Below, in pieces: positions 11,613 to 22,658 of a stretch of DNA of 64,000 nt. Source of the DNA: Minutocellus sp. GHC0000111 (Eukaryota). How positions within the stretch are numbered: the first letter of the stretch is position 1; every line of letters begins with the position of its first letter. The stretch covers positions 4,340,001-4,404,000 of the forward strand of contig OZ361257.1 in assembly GCA_977018835.1 (NCBI GenBank). Reading direction: 5' to 3'. Below the pieces are notes generated by a model. The model saw only the letters and a list, made by a program, of their open reading frames with translations, made no database searches and was not told the DNA's origin. The position numbers and the translations under genes were made by a program.

Positions 11613-13011
11613 ATCTTCTTCATCTCCAACCTTTGATGTCGCCGCCCTTCAAGCCTGGCTTCACGACAAGATGATCAGCTCCGACGCCTACAATCCCGAC
11701 GAACTCCTCGATGCCTTCCTCGCTGAGATGGAAACCGGGTTGCAACCCAATTCCAGCTCATCATTAGCCATGATCCCATCGTTTGTCGAGGCCAACGCCG
11801 CTCTGCCCCCGAGCTCGTCCGTTGCGGTAATCGATGCAGGAGGTACCAATTTGAGAATATGCATCGTCAAGACCGACGACAATGGTAAGCTGCTGGTTGA
11901 TGAACGCGCCAAGCTGTACAACAACAACATTCCTGGAAAAGATGTCAAAATATCCCCTGCCGACTTCTACAAGGTGTTGGTCGATAAGTTGGCACCCTAC
12001 GCCGACCAATTCGATCGGATTGGTTTCTGCTTTAGCTATCCCGCCAACATCTCCAGGGATGCCGATGGGAACATCGATGGAAAACTCACACATTGGACCA
12101 AGGAGATCAAGATACCCGACATGGAAAATACGTACGTCGGACGAGGTTTGTTGGATGCCCTCAAGGAACAGGGAATCGATAACAAGAAAGTTGTTGTGCT
12201 GAATGACACCGTGGCATGTCTGCTGGCGGGCATTTCGAAGGGTCAGGAGATGGATGCCTCGAGCTACATTGGTTTTATTTTAGGTACCGGAACCAACACA
12301 GCATACGTGCAGCCCAATGGTGGCATTGCCAAGCTTAGTGATGGTATCGATCCCAACGCATCGCAGGTGATCAACGTCGAATCGGGTGGTTTCTCGGCAT
12401 TCCAGCGCAGTCCGATCGATGTTGAGCTCGATAAGGGCCCTGATGAACCAAAAGACAAGGATCTAGCTGCCTTGCATTTTCAGGCCCAGGGAAGTGGTAC
12501 CCACGTATTTGAGAAGACTATCTCGGGTGAGTATTTGGGTACCATCACGCTGGCCTTGTTGCATAAGCTCGTGGCCGAACATGCCGATGCTTTCTCCGAG
12601 GAAGGGGCCGATGTCATCAAAAACATGGGTACCCTCGAAAACTTTCATGCCAGTAATTTTGCACATGGAGAGACTATGGACGATAAGATTGGCAATCTCG
12701 GCAACGAGGCATTCTCTGACGCTGATAAGGATGTTATTCGCTCAGTGTACAACTCCGTCGTGGATCGTGCCGCCCTCTTCACATCTGTCAACATTTTGGC
12801 GGGTGTGGTCAAGAGCGGCGAGGGCAAGGATAAGGCCCACCCGGTATGCGTGAATATTGACGGATCAACGTACTGGAAGACCTTTGGATTGAAGGAGAAG
12901 GTCCAAAAGCGCTTGTCGAAGATGTCCAAGGATCGAGGACTTCACATCGAGTGCGTTGGTGTGGAGGATGCGCCAGTTATCGGCGCTGCCATTGCTGGCT
13001 TGCTGGCTTGA
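11455..13011 (+). CDS. Hexokinase (Hexokinase_1/2 fold), bacterial-like; start uncertain (ATG 11455 or 11671)
   Basis: IDAGGTNLR, IGFCFSYP, HWTKEI, LNDTVA, ILGTGTN, EKTISGEYLG, IDGS, IGAAIAG. No introns. Confidence 0.9.
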   Translation: MTKAIKPGEDDDDDDDEDDDDDDEDDEEEEEGVDEDGDGIEDKDNEVDEEATTSSSSPTFDVAALQAWLHDKMISSDAYNPDELLDAFLAEMETGLQPNSSSSLAMIPSFVEANAALPPSSSVAVIDAGGTNLRICIVKTDDNGKLLVDERAKLYNNNIPGKDVKISPADFYKVLVDKLAPYADQFDRIGFCFSYPANISRDADGNIDGKLTHWTKEIKIPDMENTYVGRGLLDALKEQGIDNKKVVVLNDTVACLLAGISKGQEMDASSYIGFILGTGTNTAYVQPNGGIAKLSDGIDPNASQVINVESGGFSAFQRSPIDVELDKGPDEPKDKDLAALHFQAQGSGTHVFEKTISGEYLGTITLALLHKLVAEHADAFSEEGADVIKNMGTLENFHASNFAHGETMDDKIGNLGNEAFSDADKDVIRSVYNSVVDRAALFTSVNILAGVVKSGEGKDKAHPVCVNIDGSTYWKTFGLKEKVQKRLSKMSKDRGLHIECVGVEDAPVIGAAIAGLLA

Positions 13012-13244
13012 CAGGACTAGCCGACTGAGGTTTATACATGCTGCGAAACTAATATACTAAACTCAACGATAAGCACTCGTTATTTAAATTCTTAGAGGCC
13101 GTGCACAAATGAGTATCTTGTTATTCCCCCCAGACCTAAAAATCGGATTGCATCCGAAGCAAAGATATCCACCTTCATTCTAATTCCAATTCTAATGACC
13201 ACTGTCAACCACATGACATACAACACCAAGAATCGCCACGGAAA

Positions 13245-14042
13245 TTAGAACTGAGTGTTCTCATCCTTGGTCTCCAAAACACGATCGATCAATCCATACT
13301 CAACGGCCTCCTGGGCACTGAGGAAGTTATCACGGTCCAGATCCTTGGTAATCTGCTCGGTGGTCTGACCGGTCATCATGCTGTACATCTTGACAATGTT
13401 GTCGCGGATGCGCATGATCTGAGCCGCCTCGACCTTGATGTCCTCGGCCTGGCCCTGGGCACCGCCCATGGGCTGATGGATCATTATCCTCGAGGAAGGG
13501 AGCGCCAAGCGCTTGCCCTTTGATCCGGCGGCCAGGATGAAGGATCCCATCGAGGCGGCAAGACCAAGATTGATGGTAACAACCTCGGACTGGATGTGCT
13601 GCATGCAGTCGTAGATGGCAAGTCCGGAGATGACGGAACCACCGGGGCTGTTGATGTAGAGGTAGATGGGCTTGTCGCTGTCCTCGGAATCGAGGTAAAG
13701 CATAACGCCGATGACCTGGTTGGCAAGCTCGTCATCGATTTCGGAACCGATGAAGATGATACGCTCGCGATACAGACGGTTGTAGATGTCGACCCACTCG
13801 GCACCCTGGGATCCGGGGACGCGGTAGGCGACCTTGGGGACACCAATGGGCATCATTTTGATATTGTTGCGGTGAGGTCCGGCGGAGGAGGTCGCCCGAC
13901 GAGCCGCGGGGGAAACCAGAGAGGTCACCGACTTGGGCATAGGAGCAACAACATTGTTCGTTCGGGGAACGAAAGACGGGGCTGCAGTGGGGAGAGGCAA
14001 TCGAGAGAAGGAGGAAACAGCGTGAGACTTTGGTGTAACCAT
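13245..14042 (-). CDS. clpP: ATP-dependent Clp protease proteolytic subunit, plastid type
   Basis: [38 protein letters not shown] (catalytic Ser), [13 protein letters not shown]. Confidence 0.93.
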   Translation of the reverse strand: MVTPKSHAVSSFSRLPLPTAAPSFVPRTNNVVAPMPKSVTSLVSPAARRATSSAGPHRNNIKMMPIGVPKVAYRVPGSQGAEWVDIYNRLYRERIIFIGSEIDDELANQVIGVMLYLDSEDSDKPIYLYINSPGGSVISGLAIYDCMQHIQSEVVTINLGLAASMGSFILAAGSKGKRLALPSSRIMIHQPMGGAQGQAEDIKVEAAQIMRIRDNIVKMYSMMTGQTTEQITKDLDRDNFLSAQEAVEYGLIDRVLETKDENTQF

Positions 14043-14787
14043 TAGATGAGAGAAAATTTTGTATCACTTCACTAAATCGAAATGAGGAAAATGGATCACT
14101 GGCTGAGTTTCCTTATCCTTCGGTATCCGTCGCCGCACAGAACCAGTCGGCAGACGACAAAATCGTGCCGGACCGGTCGGTAGCAAGCCGCTGGAACACC
14201 CAACCCCGACCTTTCTACCAGCAACCGCAGCGCACCCACAACGCACCCAAGCTGGTCAATGCCGCATGGATAAAATGTTATGAACCACATCCCAAGATGA
14301 TGCCTTCGATGGCCTCATATGGTACCGATATTTGCAGTGTGACCCAACTTCAACACATCATCCCGCGGCAGCCGATCCATCGGACCTGCACTCCGTTTCC
14401 AGCACATCATGTGCCGACTCTCTACATTCCAATTTCCCTCGCAATGAGGCAAGTACAGCGATCCGAGACTCCAAGCACGAACGCACCATAACCCGAAACA
14501 ACGGGAAGCACGGCCGCGATGGCACCGGCGAGGAGGGAGGCGCGCATGGTTGAGGTATCGGTAATGCCGAAGGAGGGTGACTAGGTGAACGCGCTGGAAG
14601 TGACGCATGTTGGACGGCGGAAAGACTGCAAAAAATAGAAAACCCGAATGTGTTTTTAAGAGACCCCCAATCTTTTCCGGCAAAAGTCAGAAACGACGGC
14701 GAAGAACAGAGCCGAGCGCGAGCGAAAGAGCAAGAATAACGGTATCAACTAGATCTACGTACGTAGTCTAGGTCTACTGCATTTACA

Positions 14788-15911
14788 CTACTCAACATCT
14801 TCGTCTTCATCTTCATTCACTGCGCTCTTCAGCCCGCAGAGCAAATCAAAGGTCTTTCTTGCTTCCTCTTCTTCGAGATCGGGCTCATTTTCTCGCATGA
14901 TTTCCAAAAACTTGTCAAAGTTACCGGAGTCCATGGCCTCCTCTAGCTCGCCAGCCATAACCAGAGCCCCTTCTGGAGGTGCCGAGTCGCTCTCCTTGAC
15001 GGAGGATATCCCTTCGGGCACATTGGATGCTAATACTTTGGCGCCAGGTGGCACTACACCTGCTGCACTCTCCGCACCACCAAACATTTTGGACAGCAGT
15101 TCCGTATCAGTTGTCCCTCCCATGTTCTCCTTTTGGTCAAAGCTGGTGACATCATTACTAAATGTGAATCCAAGGGGAGGAAAGTCCGGCCGAAAGCCAA
15201 TCTTTGACTTGCTTCGACGGTTGCTTCGTCGATAATATCTGCCTTGACAATTTTTGCTGCATCCTCCTCGTCAACTGGACCATCGGTCTCGAAGGCCTGA
15301 TAGTTCTTGCTTGAAGATATATAGCCCACCTCCAAGGTATCTTTGACAGCCTTGAGCTCCTTGCACATTCGCTCCGCCGTCCAAAGTATCAAATCATGCT
15401 GCAACGTCAGCGAGGTTGTCAGCCGCACATGGTCGGCGGCAACAATTTTACCAATACGGTACCAACCCGTTCCCTCCCCTTGGACAAATACATCGGCCAA
15501 CTCAAAGTATCGATACTTGGAGTCGTTCGTGTCTTCCAACGGATCCATCTCCATCATGGTGATGAGGATGTAAGACTCCCATTGCGATTCCAGGGAAGTT
15601 TTGCTGGCTGCTATTACTCCACCGGTTTTGCTTGCCGAGGAGACCGAGTTTGATTTGTTGCTGGCAGAAGAGGCGCCGAATCCCATCCCACCTTTGCTTT
15701 CGCCCAATTTGCTCTTTGTGGACTTCTTCTTTTTCTTTGCGCAGAGGGATGTGGTGGTGCCATGGCAGCAGCTGCCCAGCGTATCAGCGGACCTGCCTAC
15801 ACCGGGATTGCGGTTCGTCGCTTGTAGCCCAAATGTTCCATGCTGGAAGGAAGACGATCCGACCAGCACATCGAGCGCAAACAGAGCGATGAGTTGATGA
15901 GAGCGGGGCAT
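14788..15911 (-). CDS. Hypothetical plastid-targeted protein; apparent frameshift near 15205
   Basis: MPRSHQLIALFALDVLVGSSS-F leader and a basic GMGFG segment. A one-base shift joins it to KIGFRPDFPPLGF and ORF 14788-15123. Confidence 0.6.
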
Positions 15912-18900
15912 TGTAAAAAGCGTCCTCTTCCAGGGGTTGGGCGTGGTATGCCCACCAAGTCGGATCTTTTGTGCATCTTTGCTGACGCGAAAGTCGGGGC
16001 GGGGCAGCACTGAAAAAAATTGTTCGTCCCCATGCCCGATGACGGAAAGACAGATCTCACCCAACTGCCCACTTTTCCAAACCCAACGCATGAGATCAAC
16101 CTCGACGCCCACAAGACCACCAAGATGATATGCAACTACCATGCCCACCTCAGTACCTTTTCTCCCCATATGTAGCTTGGTTAATGAGCTTTCATTCTGA
16201 GCCTCTCATTCCTGAAACTGACGAAAATCGACTTTTAGCACTTTTCACCTGCCGACCTCGACCTCCACAACGGCTACAATTGTACAGAAAAGTAACGACA
16301 ACGCGAGTATATTCGAGTTTACCCACATTTGACGACGTGAAAGATCGCTCTAGTAGTATTCTTGAGCAACGGCGTGGCAGTGTTATTGAGTTCTCTTGTG
16401 CAACAGTCACAAGCTCATGCTCCCAAAATTCAAATATCAGATTTCGAAGCAAAACCGGTCCTCAACGTCAATGTGGCCCTATTGCTCGAAAGACTCCGCT
16501 GGAAGTACCTATGCAACTTTTGATATTTCGCTACCATGATAATACTGGAGCGAACGATGTGTTTCTACCGCGGGTTGGGTGTCAGTAAGCAGGCCATTTT
16601 GCGGGGGCTCTGTGCATCTGCCGTAAATTTTCCGGTGTTGTGACAGGCGCCAACATCAGATTATGTGCAATAGTTCTTGATGTTGGACAGAGAGACGCAG
16701 ATTCTCGTTCAATCCTGCCAAGGTATGTACTAAAGAGTGGAGGTGTTAGTGTTGATTTTTGAGTTTGTGAGTGGAACCCATTGTATTCTCACACAATGAC
16801 AGGTAAAACCTTAACTTTCAAATTCTCCTCAACTTCTCCACCGCAACATCATTTTCTCAATAGGTATGCCCATCAAGGCCAAATCGACGATAGCGAGGCT
16901 TCAACTCGGACAGTATAAACCAACGCTGATGCCCGGTAGTTTTCTTCTAGCAGTTGGGTCGATTGTTCGGCCAAACTATGTCAATTTGATTTTGGGAGGG
17001 CAACTTTTTTCTCCTTCTGGAAGGTCCAAATTACCAACATGACGACAGTTTGGACAAATATGCGTCCAGCCACCACATCAGTACACTATCTCCACTCCGA
17101 CATGATATGAGGTAGCTCATTAATGAAAGCTTCGCGGGTTTGCTGCAATTGTTGGTGATTTGATGTGTATATCATGTTTCGTGGAGGTCGACGCCAGATT
17201 TCGCGGGCTGCTGATTCCAAATTCCAATATTGATACTGAACGACAAGGAATCACAACTACTGCACGGGAAGGGCATAAAACAGCGCTCCTTAGTATACCT
17301 GAGCGACATGTATGCTCATGAAATTTTCGTAGTACTGTAAAGGACGGGAATTCGAGATAGAATGACATGAAAATTGTCAGGGTTTTCTATTTTGCTGCTC
17401 GAGAAGTATTTTTTTGAGCGAAATGGTGATAGTAAGGATGTTTTGTGGCCAGGTTGCAGCTGTAGATTATCATCATCGCTTTGAGATAGTATAGGATAGC
17501 TAATTTATGCAAAGTGTCGCGGGTTTCGTGCAAGTGATGTTGGTTTGGGGGCTAGATAAGAATCCTTCGGGAGGGTCGGTGACACTCCAGCATGGATTCA
17601 CGAGGAACTCCATGCTGCTACTACACGGCAAAGATTCACAATCAATACAGCTCACCACACGACTAGGCGGAGAATGATACCATTAATCAGGTAAATGGCT
17701 TGCGATGTGAACTCGGTGGCGGTGTGGCAAGCATTGGCATCACAATAGCCTCAGAAATCACTCGTTTTTCGTTTCTCGACCTTTTGCGGAGAAATTTCTG
17801 AGCTGTTTCGGGAACGGGTTGTTACCAACGGTCGACCATAGGTGCTGTGGCTTATTATCTCTCTCTCTCTTATTATGATATGGGACGGCCTTTTGGTGAA
17901 CAGTTTCGCACGCTTGCTGGAAATCTTGATGATTTGATGGCTATGTGGGGATTCTTCGTGGGGGTCAGTGGCATAATTTCACTCTCTCTCAATAGATACT
18001 AGTGCTGCTACCAAATGATGAAAAATTACCACGAGCATCGCTGGAGGGCAGGAAAAGGCGATCAATACTATTTATAATCAGTTGCTATATTAGTGGCACA
18101 CGAGGGGTGCCCAGTAGGCCCAAAATCTCTGCCTTCAGAGCGGTCCGGAGAAAAAAAATGAAGAAATTGGGGTAGTTTGGTCAGATTACTGCACGTTTGC
18201 TCAAAACCTTTGTAACCATCGCTCAGAGGATCTACAAAGATGTTCAATAATTGGAAGTTTCGCAGGGTTTTGGCCAAGATTCATCCGTTTGGAGTAGCAT
18301 TCGTCTTTCGCTGGGGGGCGCTGGATTCTCAGGCGGTCAGTAGACAAATGAGGTTGCTTCTTCGTGCCAAGAAACCACAGCAACTACATGAAAAAGATAT
18401 CAAAGTGCTTTCTATGCTTTACCAGCCTATTGTATTACCTCGCGAAACATCGTTGGTGGCGGTGTGATAAAAGTACTGGTGCCGGAGAGCTGTTAAAATC
18501 GATATTTTTGGCATTCTTGCTGGGGCTGTCGACCTCATGAGGGATGGAGACAGATGATGTCATGAGCAATAGCCACAAACTCAAGTGCACTGCCATCTCG
18601 TCTTGTCTGCATCTATGTAAGATCAACTTCTGGTCAGTAGCCGTGGTAAAATAGCTACGACGGCCTTTTACATTGAATCACAATTAATTGATACTACCAT
18701 GAGCCAGAATCAGCAGGTCGCCACCGCCAAACCAAGAGTGAGGTACTGAACGGAAAGATTTCAAAGCAAAGGCACGGCCAAGTTGCCAGACAGTGTTACT
18801 TAGTATATCAAATTGGCACTAATACTCGCGGGCGGTCTCTGCCCCCCGTATGGAAAGCACTATTGGTGAACCGGTGTGAAAATCTGGCCATTTCTGTCTT

Positions 18901-19141
18901 TTTTTTTGGCGTCGACCTCCACGAAGGTTCGAGTTTCATAGTGCCACGGTGAATCACTTGCGCAATACCACTGGCATATAACATTGATATAAATAAGTAA
19001 CAACCAAAAGGTTGTGGGTAGTAGCCGTGGTAGAGCTGCTTCCGTTTGTACTCGCTATTGCTCCAGTAAGTCGTCGACCCACGGGGATATGGATCGAATA
19101 AATACGCATTATGAATAAAATTCTCTGCTCTAGATAAGACT

Positions 19142-20716
19142 TTACTGCACCCACACTACGACTATTGAAATGACAACTGCAATCATAGAGCACGATAAAA
19201 TACTCTGTTGGTTCGCAGATGAAGTATCTGCATTTGCATCACCATTGCCTTCTCCATCATCACACTCAAAATCAATCTCAACACAATTAGCAGGGAAGGT
19301 TGGCGCTGTCCATTCGAACCCAATGGATTCCTGGTAGTCCAGCAACGACTCTACAATGTTAATGCAGTCCTCATCTCCCTGGCATACAGAATCAAATGCA
19401 GTGCCATTGAAAGCTCTCAATCGAGAATCAGTCACTTCGCGCAGCTCCTGCAAGGCGCTTTCTCTCCAACACCCAAGCGACATCTTGGCACTGCATGCCT
19501 CTGACGAATCATCGGTATACATCCCTGTGAAGGTTCCACTATTGGGATCACACAGCAAGTACATTCCTTCCGCTGCCCTATTGGTAGGAGCCATGGCTAG
19601 TTCCTCGTCTGAATTGAACTCCAAAATGCTTTTGAGAGAATCGCATTCGACAGAGGTGGATGCCTCGCGCGACTGCTCGACCGATGTCCTCGACGCATCC
19701 ACAACCACGGCCCGTACGTCTTCGCTGAGCCTATTCCATACATCTCCACTGACGTACATGCCGCCGATGTAAAAGGGTTGATGCCACGCTGGGTAGTGAT
19801 AGAAAGTCATACCAAGCTGGCCAGGATTGGGTCCAACATCGTTGTTCTCGAAGAATACATCGAGATTGTCCGTTGCTCCAGCATATTCGAATCCATCGAT
19901 GTCTCCCGTCGCGATATCCTCAAGTGGTGGCACTCCAGACACACCATTGGCCGGACAGAGGAAGCCATCTTCCTCGCAAGTGTCGGGATTGTAAACATTC
20001 GACCCTAAAATGGCGCGGCAGGCAGCTCTCATATTACTGGCCTGGAATCCTCCAGATCTCCAGATTTGAGGAATTCGACAAATGTCGGCATAAGATTCGT
20101 ACTGATACAAGTTCTGACGAAACATACCAGACGACTGTACCAGCCCGCCTACTGCTGGAATGACCACCGTGTTCTCCTCTCGCTTATCAATAATGGATTG
20201 GACCGTCGGCAGGACATTGTAGAGCCAGTCAATGTGATCACCAAAGTCCATGCCAAACAATCCACCGATGACTAGCAGTGCACCGTATCGTCGAGACGTA
20301 TCCGAGGGTCCCATGGTGTGGAAGCTGGCGGGGATACCATCGCATTCTTCCGCTGAACGCGTTCCGACGGCAGTGCCGATGCAGGGAAAGTCAATTGGTA
20401 CGGGCTCGAACAGCACACACTTGTCCGAACCCAGCTTGGCAGTGCCTTCTAGAACATTGCGGATGAAGAAATTGATGGCACCATAGTTGTCACGATCGGC
20501 TGGATCAATGGAGTAGCCAGGACGTTGAGATCCATCGACCGCTGGTCCCCAGGGAGTGTATTGTCGGTATCGAAGTATCGTCGTGGCGTTAGCATCGCAA
20601 TTATACTCGGCGAGGAGATCGAGGGAATCTTGAGCAGTTTTGAGGAAGGGCCCAGCATGGCAGGTGCCCAGCATGGAAAGTAGGCAAATTAGAGTAGGCA
20701 AATTAGAGAAGTACAT
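19142..20716 (-). CDS. Secreted, putatively GPI-anchored protein resembling TRAP-transporter solute-binding proteins (DctP/TakP family)
   Basis: N-terminal signal peptide. Segments LFGMDFGDHIDWLY, PAVGGLVQSSGMFRQ, GDIDGFEYAG, YHYPAWHQP and WNRLSEDVRAVV parallel TakP motifs in order. C-terminal small-residue site plus hydrophobic tail. Confidence 0.7.
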   Translation of the reverse strand: MYFSNLPTLICLLSMLGTCHAGPFLKTAQDSLDLLAEYNCDANATTILRYRQYTPWGPAVDGSQRPGYSIDPADRDNYGAINFFIRNVLEGTAKLGSDKCVLFEPVPIDFPCIGTAVGTRSAEECDGIPASFHTMGPSDTSRRYGALLVIGGLFGMDFGDHIDWLYNVLPTVQSIIDKREENTVVIPAVGGLVQSSGMFRQNLYQYESYADICRIPQIWRSGGFQASNMRAACRAILGSNVYNPDTCEEDGFLCPANGVSGVPPLEDIATGDIDGFEYAGATDNLDVFFENNDVGPNPGQLGMTFYHYPAWHQPFYIGGMYVSGDVWNRLSEDVRAVVVDASRTSVEQSREASTSVECDSLKSILEFNSDEELAMAPTNRAAEGMYLLCDPNSGTFTGMYTDDSSEACSAKMSLGCWRESALQELREVTDSRLRAFNGTAFDSVCQGDEDCINIVESLLDYQESIGFEWTAPTFPANCVEIDFECDDGEGNGDANADTSSANQQSILSCSMIAVVISIVVVWVQ

Positions 20717-21110
20717 CGTTTCTTTGTTGCCTTTTGAGTTTGGTGTGAAGTGGCTTGGTCAGAGATATCTTTAATGCGCCAAAGCTTTCTTAAACCGCAA
20801 CAAATCAGCACTTGCTCGGCTCAATTGAATCAATCAGTCATCAGTTGCTCCTGCTTGCTTTATGACTGCGAGCTGCGAGCAATCCGCCGGTTCAACATCC
20901 TGACATTTCTTGACAGTCGAAAAAGTCCGAAGGGACTGACGTACAGACGGCAAATACACTCCCTTGATCAATGCAAAACTTGTTTGAAAGAAAAGTACCC
21001 TCATGAAGGAGTACCATGAAGGAGTACGGTACAAAAACGCGTGCGCTGGCTGACCAGGACTGCTGAACGAGCGAGCAATGGGACCCATGACAACAATTTA
21101 ATTTGCAGCA

Positions 21111-22415
21111 ATGGGAGACGACGAGCATGCAGACGGAAAGATCGATGGCCCTGCGATGAGACAGGAGTTATCATCCGGATGCAGTTCGGAGGACACATAT
21201 GAGGAAAACCCACCAGCAAACGCCAAAGCGTCGGGCACAACAACAATATCCACATCCCAAGCTCCAGCCCCATCTTTATCGCAGAGAATACGAAAGTACC
21301 TCGCGGCATTCCTGAAAAAGAATTCGTTCGTGCTGCTCATTCTCCTCGCCATACTCTTGGCGTATGCGTATCCTCCCCTCGGTGCCGTCTACCTCGCACC
21401 GGCAATAACGGCAGGGTGGATTTGTGTCATCCTCATCTTCCTCCTCACTGGTCTTACACTGCCCACGGCCGACTTGCAATATGCAGTTCATCAGTACAAA
21501 TTCAATGCATTCGTACAATTGTTCAACTTTTTCGTGCCGTCGTCCATAGCCTACGGGATAACACGACTACTAATAGCCGTCGGTGCGCTGTCGCAAGTGC
21601 TCGCAGATGGCATAACCATTTGCTTTTCGTTGCCGATGACCGTCATCATGGCCGTCGTGCTAACAAAGGCGGCAAACGGATGCGAGGCATCGGCGGTGCT
21701 GAACAGTGTGCTGGGGAATGCCGTGGGGGTGTTCCTAAGCCCGCTGTTGATACATGGGTACCTGGGAATGGGTATGAGCGACATGGGCAGCGTCATGGAG
21801 GGGATTGATCTTGGCAACGTGTTTTTGCGACTCACGCTACGGGTAATATTGCCAACGATTGCGGGCCAATTGTTGATACGATATGGCGGATCCAAGTTAT
21901 GTACATTTGTGGAAGGACACAGGAAGATACTGAAGGACTTGCAGCTCTATCTGTTAGTGTTCATTATCTACACGACGTTTTGCACCAGATTCAACAGCAA
22001 AGATTCCATGGAAGTTGGGGCTTCCATGATTGCAACCATGGTGGGCATACAATTTGGATTTCTGGTGCTCTTCATGATCATAGCATGGTACTCTCTGCGC
22101 TTTCTGTTTCGGGATCAGCCGCATTTGATTGTCATGGGACTATTCGGCACAACGCACAAGACCGTGATCTTAGGCATACCGCTCATTGCGGCCCTTTTCC
22201 CCGACGACCCAGACGTTGGGTTGTATACATTGCCGATTCTTGTATACCATCCGTTGGAATTGATCGGAGGTGGAGCGTTGGCTCCATTCCTTGCAGCTTT
22301 TGTGGATCGTGAACAGAAGCGGTTGATTGCAGAGAAGATGAGAAGCGAAGAAGAGGGAGAGAGAAGTGGGAGCTCGGGTGATTCGGACGGCGAGAATGAT
22401 GAAGAAGCTGGTTGA
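21111..22415 (+). CDS. Sodium/bile-acid symporter family (SLC10A7 / SBF-like) transporter
   Basis: About 10 TM helices; IFLLTGLTL, VQLFNF, LPMT..MAVVLTKAANG, NAVGVFLSP, HKTVILGIPLI, PILVYHPLEL. Confidence 0.9.
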   Translation: MGDDEHADGKIDGPAMRQELSSGCSSEDTYEENPPANAKASGTTTISTSQAPAPSLSQRIRKYLAAFLKKNSFVLLILLAILLAYAYPPLGAVYLAPAITAGWICVILIFLLTGLTLPTADLQYAVHQYKFNAFVQLFNFFVPSSIAYGITRLLIAVGALSQVLADGITICFSLPMTVIMAVVLTKAANGCEASAVLNSVLGNAVGVFLSPLLIHGYLGMGMSDMGSVMEGIDLGNVFLRLTLRVILPTIAGQLLIRYGGSKLCTFVEGHRKILKDLQLYLLVFIIYTTFCTRFNSKDSMEVGASMIATMVGIQFGFLVLFMIIAWYSLRFLFRDQPHLIVMGLFGTTHKTVILGIPLIAALFPDDPDVGLYTLPILVYHPLELIGGGALAPFLAAFVDREQKRLIAEKMRSEEEGERSGSSGDSDGENDEEAG

Positions 22416-22658
22416 TGATAGAAGGAGACGAAGCACTATCGAAGCCGTAGATGATAAGCAGAGTAGGCGATTCCTCACGTAAAATTAGAACGTTCACTCT
22501 TTGCAATACGATGAATTGATAACTCAGGCCACAACTAACTCCACAAGCTGTGCTGGGCCTTTAGACGAAAACAAGAAAAAGAAAAAGAGGGAAAAGAAAG
22601 AAAAGAGTGCGGTTGAAATTGCAAAGCGTCATTTCTTGACTACCTCAACAAGGCTACA

